Shown: piece by piece, positions 19,575-29,439 of the stretch | Layout of the letters: each line of letters begins with the position of its first letter | How positions within the stretch are numbered: position 1 is the first letter of the stretch | Assembly: GCA_963719515.1 (NCBI GenBank) | Contig: CAVRCJ010000010.1 | Location: forward strand, 1 to 64,000 | Reading direction: 5' to 3' | DNA: 64,000 bases | Source of the DNA: an uncultured cyanobacterium | Lineage (GTDB): Bacteria; Cyanobacteriota; Cyanobacteriia; CAKZMO01 | Position numbers and translations under genes: made by a program | The notes under the pieces: generated by a model | Told to the model about the DNA's origin: nothing | The model's input: the letters and a program-made list of their open reading frames with translations, nothing else | Databases searched by the model: none

Positions 19575-19922
19575 TTACCGCAAAGGCCGCTGCTGCACCA
19601 GATAGCTCAACACCTGCCCCTGCGCCGGGGTAATGCGAATCCCCTGCTCCGGCACCGTAATCAGCGGCGTCCACAGGCGGTGCTCCACATACTGCAGCAC
19701 ATGCAGCCGCTCAATGGCGTGGCGAACGCCCTCCGGCGAGCCGATCAGCAGGTGGCGCAGATACTCACATCCCGGCGATGGCGATGGCTCCACCAGCGTC
19801 GGGATAGCGGGCTCCTCCAGCGGAGAAGGAAGCCGAGCGGACTGGTCCGCAGCGAGCTGTTGGGCCACTGCGAAGCGTGCCGCCTCTTGAATCAAGGGCA
19901 GCGAGGGATATTGGATTGTCAT
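19575..19922 (-). CDS. Conserved cyanobacterial hypothetical protein
   Basis: RHLLIGSPEGVRHAIERLHVLQY.E...W recalls a recurrent cyanobacterial small-protein family; AAGGAG RBS 6 nt before the ATG. Confidence 0.7.
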   Translation of the reverse strand: MTIQYPSLPLIQEAARFAVAQQLAADQSARLPSPLEEPAIPTLVEPSPSPGCEYLRHLLIGSPEGVRHAIERLHVLQYVEHRLWTPLITVPEQGIRITPAQGQVLSYLVQQRPLR

Positions 19923-20142
19923 GAGGGACTCCTTATGTGGGTGATTTGGAGTCCCCCAAAGAACCCGGACATTCCAGACGTTTCAAGGGTTCGGAATGAC
20001 TCAGGTACAATCGCACAAGGTCATCCGGACAGCTATTCCTGTCTTGGTGGCTTAGGGGCCACATGTTGCGGATATCAACATGCGGCTCCGCCCGACCGAA
20101 TCTTTGGGAGACTAGAACCATGGAACACGGCTCTAGCCACAA

Positions 20143-20171
20143 AGAATAGGACATTTGCGCTGCTGTGGCAA
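20143..20171 (-). promoter_or_regulatory. Sigma70-like promoter for the 19922 gene
   Basis: Minus strand TTGCCA-17 bp-TATTCT. Confidence 0.5.
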
Positions 20172-20245
20172 GAGCGGCATTTTGGGGCCAGCAATTCTCA
20201 TTTTGGTTTTGTCCCCGTCGCCCGCAAATAGCGGTTGCTGCTTCG

Positions 20246-20537
20246 CCCGCAGATAAAGGATGCCGTTGGCGAATAGGGGGTCAGATCCTTCATTAGAGTT
20301 TCAGCTTCGCTTTCACCCCACCCGCAGCTGAAGCGCGGGCTAGTAGAGGTCACCCGCTCAAGCGGGTTAAGCGCGCCTCTAGCCTATGGTTTGAGCCTCA
20401 ATGCGTTTCTAGAGTCCGCTTGAGCGGACGGCGTTCGATAGCCCGCGCTTTTAGCTGCGGGCGCTTGCGGAGCGCAGCCAGTCTACGACATGGGAGGTGG
20501 GATACCCTATTCGCCAACAGCATCATTTACCTGCGGG
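20246..20537. repeat. Nested foldback element with REP-like palindromes
   Basis: 33-bp terminal inverted repeats (3 mismatches) enclosing inverted pairs CCCGCAGCTGAAGCGCGGGCTA / TAGCCCGCGCTTTTAGCTGCGGG and CCGCTCAAGCGG / CCGCTTGAGCGG. Confidence 0.75.
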
Positions 20538-20781
20538 TGAGAATGAACTTGCCGACGCCGCCCTTGCCGCTAGAGACCGCCAGGGTGGCGCGAACGCCGG
20601 GAATGGTGCAGAGCTGCACGTAGGCCTTCTTGCACCTACTCCTGGAGATCGAGCTGGTGGCAGCCCACGTAGAGCCGCAGGTAAACGTAGCCCCCCACAA
20701 CCCACAGGTTGCGCACCATCCCCAGGCTGACGACGTCGTTTCGGGCTTGCGTTCCCCCCTCCGAGCCTACCCTAGAGGCTC

Positions 20782-21183
20782 CTAGCCCATAATCATAACG
20801 GTGTCTATCACATGAATTACGCCGTTATCGGCGTCAATATTTGGCGAAACAACTGTGGCGTTTTTGACCTCAAATTGATCCGATAAGTCTAGGGGAATAG
20901 CAGACCCTTCTACTGAAGTAAGGCGATCGCGGTCTTTTAATTCAGACTCAGTGAACCGACCTAGGACAACGTGATATTTAAGAATTCGGGCCAGCTGCGG
21001 GGGATTTTGCACCAGCGTTTGCACTGTACCAGGAGGCAGTTTAGAGAAGGCTTCGTCAGTGGGAGCAAATACGGTAAAGGGTCCCTCTCCCTTGAGAACC
21101 TCGACCAAGTCAGCCGCTTTAACAGCGGCTACTAGGGTTGAGAATCCCTCTGTGCTGATGGCAATATCGACTATGTCAGGCAT
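20782..21183 (-). CDS. cupS: Fasciclin-domain protein CupS
   Basis: FAS1 motifs [13 protein letters not shown] and NGVIHVID; lies downstream of cupA. Confidence 0.9.
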   Translation of the reverse strand: MPDIVDIAISTEGFSTLVAAVKAADLVEVLKGEGPFTVFAPTDEAFSKLPPGTVQTLVQNPPQLARILKYHVVLGRFTESELKDRDRLTSVEGSAIPLDLSDQFEVKNATVVSPNIDADNGVIHVIDTVMIMG

Positions 21184-21205
21184 GTTTTTAATTCAAGTAA
21201 TAAGG

Positions 21206-22513
21206 CTATCGGTAGTCTTGGCGCTGAATATCCCCTAGCCGCGCCTCTGGCCGTAAAAAGCGGTCCATTTGCGATTCAAAAAATTTTCGGTTGGCCATCA
21301 GATGCTTAGGATTAGAATCGTCTAGCGGATACAGCAGCGCCTGACGCAGAGCGTGGAGGACTGCGGAAGTAACGTTGTACATAGAGCGCTGAAAGGTAAC
21401 GCCTAGCTGAATTAGAGCGTCGTCACTGCCGCGAGCATGCTGCCGGTAATAATCTTTTAGGTAGGGGGGCAAGAAGTGAAACATGTCCTGCATCAGCAGC
21501 GTTGGCGGGATGCCGGCCGTGCCCACGGGAAACACATCGGCATAAAGAATGCCGTAGTGGAAGTCGGCCTGGGATTCAGGGATTTGTCCCGCCTGCGCGT
21601 TGTAAGATTTGGTGCCCCGAAAGGGAGACGTGCGGTAGAAAATTGCCTCAACATAGGGCAGCGCCGCCTCATGAAGCCAGTTAAAGCCTTTGGACTTAGG
21701 GATAATTTCGTAGCACTCGTCGCCTATGTATAGGTGATGGTAGATGGGTCTGCCCGCGACGGCAAATATGCCGTTGACCAGAAAATTCATGGCCTCCGGC
21801 ACCCCTTTGAAGCCTCCCTCATCGTAGATATCCGACATCTCAAAAAATACCGGAGCCATCACTTCCCAAAACAGCCCTAGATTGGCGTAGTACGACAGCT
21901 CTCGCACCTTTTCGATAAACATCTCGGGAAACAGGCTGTAGAGCCCCAGCATCGCCGGGTTGTTTTTAAAGTAGGCGCGGATAGCCCGGTCGCAGTTGGC
22001 CCGGTACTCCTCGGTATCGAGATAGGCGTCAAACCGGTTCACCGGAGCGACCATGTGCCGGTGCCACAGCATGGCGCGCATGCAGGCTTCGGCAAACTCC
22101 ATGTTGATGCGATCGTGCCAGAGATGGTGAACCAGCTTGGGCAGGGGCCGCTTTACCTCCCCTTTTTCAATAAAGGCCAGCAGCTCGGGGTGGGCGGCGG
22201 CGTCGCCTCGCCAGATGCGCAGGCTCGCGTCATCTCCGGCGTAGTGGTTGGGGCGATCGAGATACTCCTGGGAGATGAAGTACTTGAAGAAGGGCAAGGG
22301 GTTGAGAAATACCTTCTCCGCAATATAGAGCAGGTCCCGCCAGTAGAAATCCATCGGCACCGCGTAGGCTTTGTAGATGCCGATAATCTGCATTAAGTTC
22401 TCGGGGGTGTCGGGCAGCATGGAGCCGCCGGCTTCAAGCCGATGAATAATGTCGGCATAGGGATGGTTGGACGGGGGAATGGCAGGTTTGGTCGGGGTGA
22501 GGGTTGTGGTCAT
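21206..22513 (-). CDS. cupA: CO2 hydration protein CupA (ChpY)
   Basis: HRLEAGGSMLPDTPENLMQIIG, DRINMEFAEACM, PFRGTKSYNAQA; 435 aa. Confidence 0.95.
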   Translation of the reverse strand: MTTTLTPTKPAIPPSNHPYADIIHRLEAGGSMLPDTPENLMQIIGIYKAYAVPMDFYWRDLLYIAEKVFLNPLPFFKYFISQEYLDRPNHYAGDDASLRIWRGDAAAHPELLAFIEKGEVKRPLPKLVHHLWHDRINMEFAEACMRAMLWHRHMVAPVNRFDAYLDTEEYRANCDRAIRAYFKNNPAMLGLYSLFPEMFIEKVRELSYYANLGLFWEVMAPVFFEMSDIYDEGGFKGVPEAMNFLVNGIFAVAGRPIYHHLYIGDECYEIIPKSKGFNWLHEAALPYVEAIFYRTSPFRGTKSYNAQAGQIPESQADFHYGILYADVFPVGTAGIPPTLLMQDMFHFLPPYLKDYYRQHARGSDDALIQLGVTFQRSMYNVTSAVLHALRQALLYPLDDSNPKHLMANRKFFESQMDRFLRPEARLGDIQRQDYR

Positions 22514-22544
22514 GGCAATGTTTACGGGTGCAGTTCGGTAGGGA

Positions 22545-22571
22545 TAGGGCGCAGCATGCTGCGTCCGTACG
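22545..22571. repeat. REP-like palindrome
   Basis: GGGCGCAGCATGCTGCGTCC hairpin in the ndhD3-cupA spacer. Confidence 0.5.
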
Positions 22572-22612
22572 GGGTGTGAAAGAGACTGGGGCGTTGTGGC
22601 TAATTATCGGAT

Positions 22613-24154
22613 TCAGTTAAGGGATGGTGTGGGAGCACAGCATGCTGTATCCAGGGGAGTATAGGGTTCGTCAGGCAGCGCCTTGGCCACCGTCACTGCC
22701 GGTATAGCCGCGATCATGCTGGCTGCCGTCGCCTCACTCCACTGAACCAGCCAAGTGGGCTGCACCCCCAGCAAAAAGATCAGCCACGCCAGCACCAGAG
22801 CCGGAGTGCGATCGCCCCATTCGACTTTTGGAATGTAGGCGGTGTTGCTAAGCTTGCCAAAGCAGGTGCGGTTGAGCAGAATGACGAAGTACACCGCCGT
22901 TAGCCCCGTTCCGACCACGCAGATTAGGGTTTGCACCGGGAAGGTCGCGTAGCTGCCCTGGAAAATGAGAAACTCCGCCACAAACCCAGCCAGCCCAGGG
23001 ATACCGGCGCTCGCCATGCCGCCTAAAATCAGCAGAGCGCTAATGGTAGGCAGGCCCCGCACCGGGTTGAGCAACCCGTTAAGGACGTTGAGGTCGCGGG
23101 TGCCCACCTTCGATTCCACCACCCCAACCAGGTGAAATAGAATCGCCAAAATCAAGCCGTGGGCCGCCATCTGCGACACCGCTCCCACAAAGCTGAGCGC
23201 CGTCATCGACGCCCCGGCCAGCAGCAGGTAGCCCATATGTCCGACCGAGCTGTAGGCCACCATCCGCTTAATATCCTTCTGAGCGATCGCTGCGATCGCC
23301 CCATAGAGGACGCTCACGGTTGCCCAAGTGGCCAGCCCCGGCGCGAGGGTTGCCCAAGCTTCTGGCAGCAGCCCCATGCCGAAGCGGAATATCCCGTAGG
23401 CTCCCAGCTTTGCCAGCACTCCTCCCAGCAGTATCGCCACGGGCGCTGACGCCGCCACGTAGGTGTCGGGAAGCCAGGTGTGAAACGGCACCAGGGGAAT
23501 CTTGATGCCAAACCCCACAAGCAGCGTACCCAACAGCAGCACCTGTACGCCCATCGGCAGGGACTGCCCGGCGATCGCCGCGTAGTCAAACGATGACGCC
23601 TCGCTCAGCCAGCCTAGACCTAAGAAACCCGCCAAAACGAGCGCCCCAGACACCGCCGTGTAGATCAAAAACTTCGCGGCGGCATACCCGCGCTGCTCTC
23701 CCCCCCAAATTGAAATCAACAGATAGAAGGGCACTAGCTCCAACTCATAGAGCAAGAAGAACAGCAGCAGGTTCTGCGCCACGAATGCCCCCGCTACCCC
23801 GCCGCTGATGAACAAAATCAGGGCGTAGAAGAGCCGAGGACGAGAGACCTCTTCTGAGCTGCTAAATATTGCCACCCAGGTCAGCAGGGCGTTAAGCAGC
23901 ACAAGCACAATTGACAGCCCATCCACCCCCAGGGAATAGGACAGCCCCAAGGTCTCGATCCAAGCGTGGTATTCCTGCATTTGCAGGTCGGGGGTAGCCA
24001 AATCGAAGCGACTCGCTATCCACAGGGTATAGAGCAGCAGACCGCCCGAAAGCCATAGAGCCACCCAGCGAACCTGCTTTGTGGATAGGGATTGGGGAAG
24101 AAAACCAACGACAAGGGCTCCAAGAATGGGGAGCCAGATGAGTACGCTAAGCAT
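22613..24154 (-). CDS. ndhD3: NDH-1 subunit D3 (NuoM-like)
   Basis: LGVDGLS, YELELVPFY, KIPLVPFHTWLP, KRMVAYSS; position in the cup operon. Confidence 0.92.
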   Translation of the reverse strand: MLSVLIWLPILGALVVGFLPQSLSTKQVRWVALWLSGGLLLYTLWIASRFDLATPDLQMQEYHAWIETLGLSYSLGVDGLSIVLVLLNALLTWVAIFSSSEEVSRPRLFYALILFISGGVAGAFVAQNLLLFFLLYELELVPFYLLISIWGGEQRGYAAAKFLIYTAVSGALVLAGFLGLGWLSEASSFDYAAIAGQSLPMGVQVLLLGTLLVGFGIKIPLVPFHTWLPDTYVAASAPVAILLGGVLAKLGAYGIFRFGMGLLPEAWATLAPGLATWATVSVLYGAIAAIAQKDIKRMVAYSSVGHMGYLLLAGASMTALSFVGAVSQMAAHGLILAILFHLVGVVESKVGTRDLNVLNGLLNPVRGLPTISALLILGGMASAGIPGLAGFVAEFLIFQGSYATFPVQTLICVVGTGLTAVYFVILLNRTCFGKLSNTAYIPKVEWGDRTPALVLAWLIFLLGVQPTWLVQWSEATAASMIAAIPAVTVAKALPDEPYTPLDTACCAPTPSLN

Positions 24155-24213
24155 GGGTTTAAGGCGTGGTCACAATAAGAACTGGGACGTAACACAGGAG
24201 ACGAACGGGGCAG

Positions 24214-26073
24214 CTACAGGGGCGCAACGGCCCCCGAAATAGACAGGATAGACCAGCCCGTCAGCAGCAGAATTACCACCACGCCGACTGCGATCGTCAG
24301 CACGTAGAACTGCCCCCGGCCCGTATTGCCATACTTCAAGGTTTGACCGCTAAACAGCGACGCCACCCCGACGAAGTTGACCAAGCCGTCGATGATGTAG
24401 CGATCGCTCCAATCTACAACTTTAGACAGCAGATCTACGCCGCCCACAATGCTAGAGCGATAGAGGCGAGGGGTATAAAAGTCGTAGGTCAGGAGCTCCT
24501 GCAGCGGCCTCCAGGGAATACGGATGGGCTTCGCCAAGGAGCCCAGGTAGATGACTGCGCTCAGGCTACAGCCAAAGACGCTAGAGGCGGTGAGCAGGAG
24601 GGCTAGGCTTTTGTTGAGCAGCGCCCACGATGGCAGCAGCGATAAGCTTTGCAGAATCAGCGGCAGGTGGAGCGCCAAAGCGGCCATCATCACCATCGGC
24701 AGCGTAACGGACCAAATATTTTCTGGGGAACGGGAGGACATGATCTGAGGGCGGTTGCCAAAGATCAGGCAAAATATCCGCGTCACGCTAAAAGCAGCCA
24801 ACGCATTGATAACCAGCAGCAGCGCCACGACGGCGGGACGGTCTGGCCACACTCTGTCTATTAAATCCGCCATGGCCCAAAATCCACCCAGCGGCGGCAG
24901 GGCCACGAGGCCAGCGGCTCCAGCAAGGAACGCCAGTCCTGACACCGGGCGGCGGCTCCACAGCCCGCCCAGCTTGGTTAAATCTTGAGTGATGCTGTTG
25001 AGAACGACAGAGCCCGTGCTCATGAGCATGGCGGAGACCGCCAGGGCATGCATGAGCAGCAGCAAAAAGGCCGCTCTGGTTTCCTGCAGTCCAATGGCGA
25101 TGAACACCACCCCCATATAGGCGCTGGTCAAATACGACAGCGATCGCTTCACGTCTATTTGGGCGATGGAGATTAGGGTGGCTCCCAGGGCCGTCACCGC
25201 ACCAATGGCGATCGCTGCCGTCAGCGTCGTCGGCGAGAGCGCTAGCACCGGACCTAGCTTAATCAGCACCCAGGCTCCCGTCGCCACCACGACCGAATTT
25301 CTCAAAATAGTGCTGGGATACGGCCCCTCCATGGCCTCATCGAGCCACAGGTGAAGGGGAAACTGGGCGCATTTGCCCATGGGCCCTGCGAGTAAGGCCA
25401 AGCCCACCAGCGTCATCACCGTCGGGTCAACCTCTGCCGTCGGTGCCCATTGAGCGAGCTCGGAAAAATTCCAGGTTCCCGCTAGAGGATAGATGGCTAG
25501 CACCCCCATCAGCAAGAATAGATCTCCTACCCGCTTAGTCAAGAAGGCGTCTCGCGCCCCGGTCACCACCAGGGACTGGTTGAACCAGAACCCAATTAGC
25601 AGGTAGGTTCCCAGAGTCAGTATTTCCAGAATCACGTAGCTGAAAAACAGCGAGTCGCACAGCGCCAGCGCGCACATTCCGGCCTCAAACAGCGCCAGCA
25701 GCGAGAAAAACCGCGCCCAGCCCCAGTCCATCTCCAGATAGCCTACCGCATACAGTTGAGAGAGAAAATTGATGCCTGTCACAAGCAAAATCGCGCCCAG
25801 GGTCGCGGCGGAGACCTCTAGGGACAGGGTGATGTTTAGGTCGGCCACCTGTAGCCACGACAGCTGGGTGTAAAACCCCGACTGCGATCGCAGCCCTAAG
25901 AACGCAATGGCCGCATGCCCAAACGCCGTCGCCGTCATCAACAGGTTGAAGTAGCCCGCCGGGCGAGGTCCAGTGCGTCGAGACAAGGACGGAAACCAGA
26001 AGGTGGACAAGACCATCCCGGCTAGGGGATAGCAGGGTATGAGCCACGCACTTTGAATGAACGCATCAGTCAT
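24214..26073 (-). CDS. ndhF3: NDH-1 subunit F3 (NuoL-like)
   Basis: RRTGPRPAGY, YLEMDWGWARF, KCAQFPLHLWLDEAMEGP; start ATG 26073. Confidence 0.93.
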   Translation of the reverse strand: MTDAFIQSAWLIPCYPLAGMVLSTFWFPSLSRRTGPRPAGYFNLLMTATAFGHAAIAFLGLRSQSGFYTQLSWLQVADLNITLSLEVSAATLGAILLVTGINFLSQLYAVGYLEMDWGWARFFSLLALFEAGMCALALCDSLFFSYVILEILTLGTYLLIGFWFNQSLVVTGARDAFLTKRVGDLFLLMGVLAIYPLAGTWNFSELAQWAPTAEVDPTVMTLVGLALLAGPMGKCAQFPLHLWLDEAMEGPYPSTILRNSVVVATGAWVLIKLGPVLALSPTTLTAAIAIGAVTALGATLISIAQIDVKRSLSYLTSAYMGVVFIAIGLQETRAAFLLLLMHALAVSAMLMSTGSVVLNSITQDLTKLGGLWSRRPVSGLAFLAGAAGLVALPPLGGFWAMADLIDRVWPDRPAVVALLLVINALAAFSVTRIFCLIFGNRPQIMSSRSPENIWSVTLPMVMMAALALHLPLILQSLSLLPSWALLNKSLALLLTASSVFGCSLSAVIYLGSLAKPIRIPWRPLQELLTYDFYTPRLYRSSIVGGVDLLSKVVDWSDRYIIDGLVNFVGVASLFSGQTLKYGNTGRGQFYVLTIAVGVVVILLLTGWSILSISGAVAPL

Positions 26074-26123
26074 TATCAAATTGGTAATTGTTAACGGCCG
26101 GAATAGCCACCCGCCACAGATAG

Positions 26124-26139
26124 ATAGATCTATCTCTAT
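26124..26139. promoter_or_regulatory. NdhR/CcmR (LysR) operator
   Basis: Exact ATAG-N8-CTAT 50 bp upstream of ndhF3, a known NdhR target operon. Confidence 0.75.
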
Positions 26140-26919
26140 GACGATCGAATAACTTATCTATAAAACTCTATGGATTAGCATATCGCAATCTTTAAGCAGA
26201 TTTAAACCGCTGTCATCAATTTTTCTGATTACCATCCTTAGCAGTCTCTTATGCGATCGCTCCTCTCCTCGGCTATGACAATGAAATGTCCTCGCCCAAA
26301 ATGCCGTACAGCTGACAGCCCAGCCGAACCTTCAGCCGCAGGCGAGCCGAGAGCGGCAGCTTGCCCATATTCTATAATCCCATGACGCTGAGCATGATGT
26401 CTCCCGGCGGGCCTGAGCAGTATATTCAGACGTTTTGTGACGCTGCTCATAAGCGCCGAGCAGCTGATCCTTGAGAGAAAGCGTCACCGTTTGTTGGGGG
26501 CGATCGCCCAACGTTAAGCTGTATCGGCGTTGGCGCGATCGCATGCATCAAGGTAGACGTCAGCGACAGGGGCTACTCACGTCTGGATTTTTGCCGCTAG
26601 AGCGTTAGGGACGGCATCGGCAATTAGCAGATGATGGGCAAACTGTTTGGTAGCGCGGGCTGGTTTCTTCAAGGGGTAGGCTTGCTAGCAAGGGCCGCTG
26701 CGCAGGGAGGGACATGCGCGATGAACTGCAGCTGATGAGGCGATTCAGGCTATGCTACGAAATCCCCAATCGTTCCGCAAAAGCCCCTCGCAAGCCTCAG
26801 TGGACCTGAGCAAGATGCTGCCCTAGTCAATATGGCTAAAGCCATCAAAGACGCCGCGAACGCTGGAACGAGTTCAGGTTTTCCCTAATTGCGATCGCCT
26901 TCGAGCCTCTCTCAAACCA

Positions 26920-27311
26920 GTGACATCCTCCCGACGCTGACAGCAAGCTGTACAGCGCGGGCTTCCTCAGTGACTCCCAGCTATTGCCGAGACATATCCT
27001 GAGATAGGTTTATACTCCGCCTGATGCCCCACGGCAGAGTTTTGAATTTTCATCTCCGCGAGGGAGGATACGCACTATGTGTCGCAGATACATTTGCAAA
27101 CTGAGGAACGGGTGACTTGCAGCTTTCGCCTACGGGCCCGTCACACTCTTTGCGGGGTGTATCACCTTGCTATCTCTATCATACCAACTGCTAGCCTCAG
27201 CGCTGAGCGCACTATCCGCTGTGCATCATTTTGCGGGCGCACTTCGGCTAGCGCGACTCTCATCCCGACGCTCACCCTGACGGGTAGAGCGCGGGGCTTC
27301 CTGTTTAGTAG
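26920..27311 (-). mobile_element. Non-autonomous IS200/IS605-family element, copy 2
   Basis: 392 bp, near-identical to 3313-3704, same orientation, different flanks, TTTAG 5' of the left end. Confidence 0.85.
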
Positions 27312-27417
27312 CTAAAGCATTTCTCAGGCTCGCTTCAGCGCAAAGGCCAACCTTTGCAGCATTAAGCCAAACCAACAAGGCGCTCAGCCATAACGCTCAA
27401 GCGCTTTCGATTCACAG

Positions 27418-27460
27418 CAAAGCGATCGCAGCCAAGTCTTGACCGCGATCGCTTTGTTTT
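27418..27460. terminator. Hairpin built from two HIP1 sites
   Basis: CAAAGCGATCGC...GCGATCGCTTTG downstream of the 27511 gene. Confidence 0.5.
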
Positions 27461-27510
27461 GGTATCAGCCTATCTTAATAGGTAGCTGAGGCTATCCAAT
27501 GATGTTGCGC

Positions 27511-28479
27511 TTAGATGTGACGGACATCGGGATCATCTTTAGTCTTGACCTCTAGCTCCTCGCGGCGCAGCGTTTCTTTACCGGTAACGGTGTCGCGCTC
27601 AACTTCTTTGCGAACGGAAACCTCTTCCCGCACAAAAGCCTGCTTGTCGATGTTGGCCTTCTCTTCGTAGACCTCGACGCGCTTCACCTCACCCTCATTA
27701 AAGCTGGCGCTGCCCGGTGCAACGGCGCGCCCCTCTAGCTCGCCGGTCCGCTCAATGACGATTCTCTCCTTTTCCACAGGGATTGAGACCTTCTGCGTCT
27801 CGGTCTCGACCCGCTTACCGACGTTTACAGCGCCGGACTTGACCCGATTTTTTTCAATGGCCAAGCGCTCTTCATAGAGCTTCAGGTTGTTGGGCTCGTC
27901 TAATGCAGACCCCTTGGAGTCATAAATTTCAAATTCTTCTGCGTTGTTGCGGCGCATGACGGTTTCCGCCAGGCCGATTTCTCGCTCAGGGCCATTGATC
28001 ATGACCAAAAAGTCACCTGAGGACACCCGGTCGCTGTAGACCTTTGCTCGCTCTTCCGGAATACCCAAACCAACAAGCGCTCCCAAAAGACCACCCGTCG
28101 CCGCGCCAATCGCGGTACCGGCCAGGGTGGTAGCGATCGCGGTGGCTTCTGCGCCAGCCAGGAGAATTGGCCCAATACCGGGAATCGCTAGAACGCCTAG
28201 ACCGACCAGTAGACCGCCAACGCCGCCCAATGCGCCGCCGGTAAGGGCACCCGTTAAAGCACCGTCGTCGGCGTGGTTACCCACCTCTTCCGTCTCGGTT
28301 CTAGTTTTATCCAACCCCGTTTCCACACCGGAAACTTCGTCGGCATCCTTAGCCACAATAGAGACGCGCTCCATATCGACGCCCGCGTCTCTGAGTTCTT
28401 CTACGGCGCGTTCGGCGGCATTGCGAGTGGGAAAGAGACCCACGGCGCGGCGGTAGCGGTCAGTTCTGTTAACAACCAT
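27511..28479 (-). CDS. General stress protein with YsnF/AvaK (DUF2382) domain
   Basis: Gly-rich GLGVLAIPGIGP segment and LKLYEERL..EK.R...G.V.VGKRVETE...REEVSVRKE. Confidence 0.85.
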   Translation of the reverse strand: MVVNRTDRYRRAVGLFPTRNAAERAVEELRDAGVDMERVSIVAKDADEVSGVETGLDKTRTETEEVGNHADDGALTGALTGGALGGVGGLLVGLGVLAIPGIGPILLAGAEATAIATTLAGTAIGAATGGLLGALVGLGIPEERAKVYSDRVSSGDFLVMINGPEREIGLAETVMRRNNAEEFEIYDSKGSALDEPNNLKLYEERLAIEKNRVKSGAVNVGKRVETETQKVSIPVEKERIVIERTGELEGRAVAPGSASFNEGEVKRVEVYEEKANIDKQAFVREEVSVRKEVERDTVTGKETLRREELEVKTKDDPDVRHI

Positions 28480-28546
28480 AATTTCTCCTAGTTTACTTAG
28501 CTTTTGTTTTGTGGTTTTCGGGAGTAAGATTTATCCCGATTTACTT

Positions 28547-29005
28547 TTAGGTTTCGGGTTCAGGGCCAGGCACAATCTCAACGTTAAGTTCCACAGAGTC
28601 GACGCCATTGATTTCTTGCGTTAGCGTTCTCATTGTTTCGTATTCATTCTCGCCAGGAACGGTGCCGGCAATTTTAACCATGCCGTCATCGGCTTGAACA
28701 GTCAATTTACTGCGAGGAATATTGGCCTCTAATTTGGCGCGGACTTCGCTTTCAATATCAGAGTCGGCGCGAACGTCCTCGTCGCCTAGCACTTCATTGC
28801 GCTGCTCGCGGGCTCGGATGTCAGAATCGAGCTGGTCTTGGCGAACCTCGCTGTCAGCGTCGTCGAGGGTTTCTTCTACCTGCCCGGGCTCTTCTACTTG
28901 GCCGTCTACGTCACTGGGGGCATCGGCGCTAGTTCTAGCAGTATCGCAGGCGACTGTGCCGAACAGTAAGGCACTGCTCGCCAGTGCTAGTAGTACTCTT
29001 TTCAT
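28547..29005 (-). CDS. BON-domain lipoprotein
   Basis: MKR signal and lipobox TVAC; EVRAKLEANIP.SKLTV....G.V.I.GTV. Confidence 0.85.
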   Translation of the reverse strand: MKRVLLALASSALLFGTVACDTARTSADAPSDVDGQVEEPGQVEETLDDADSEVRQDQLDSDIRAREQRNEVLGDEDVRADSDIESEVRAKLEANIPRSKLTVQADDGMVKIAGTVPGENEYETMRTLTQEINGVDSVELNVEIVPGPEPET

Positions 29006-29439
29006 AGGAGAATCCTCCAATCATCTAACTATCGATGCGATCGCACCGACAAGCTCATACTGACAAATTAGATTCGCTATTTTATCTGTAATTAGAAGGA
29101 ATAACTTAATTTTAAATGTCTTCCCTTTGATAACGCAGCCTATAAAAGTTTTTGTACTTTTGTTGCGCTTAGGAGCTCTTAGAATTCTAAAAATATGCTA
29201 GCTCGCTTAAGTGTTGGATTGTGCCCATAGCTTTAAGCAGAGCAGCATCTTTAGGCAGCAACAGCGTAAGTTTAAGCAAGTCGGTTTTCCTCAAGCTTAT
29301 TCTTTGCCAGCATCATTGCTGCCCTTATCGTCCCGTACATTGTCGGCGCGCCCTCGATATATCCTCACGTCAGATGCACTGCACCGCGAATTTTGAGTAG
29401 GCTACCACCATATGATAAAACGCACGAGGTTGGCCTCTA

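Noticed and set aside
20146..20232. Fourth copy of the ~105-bp repeat
   Set aside because: Only TAGGACATTTGCGC matches; the termini and covarying stem are absent, and the segment is better explained as a promoter spacer.
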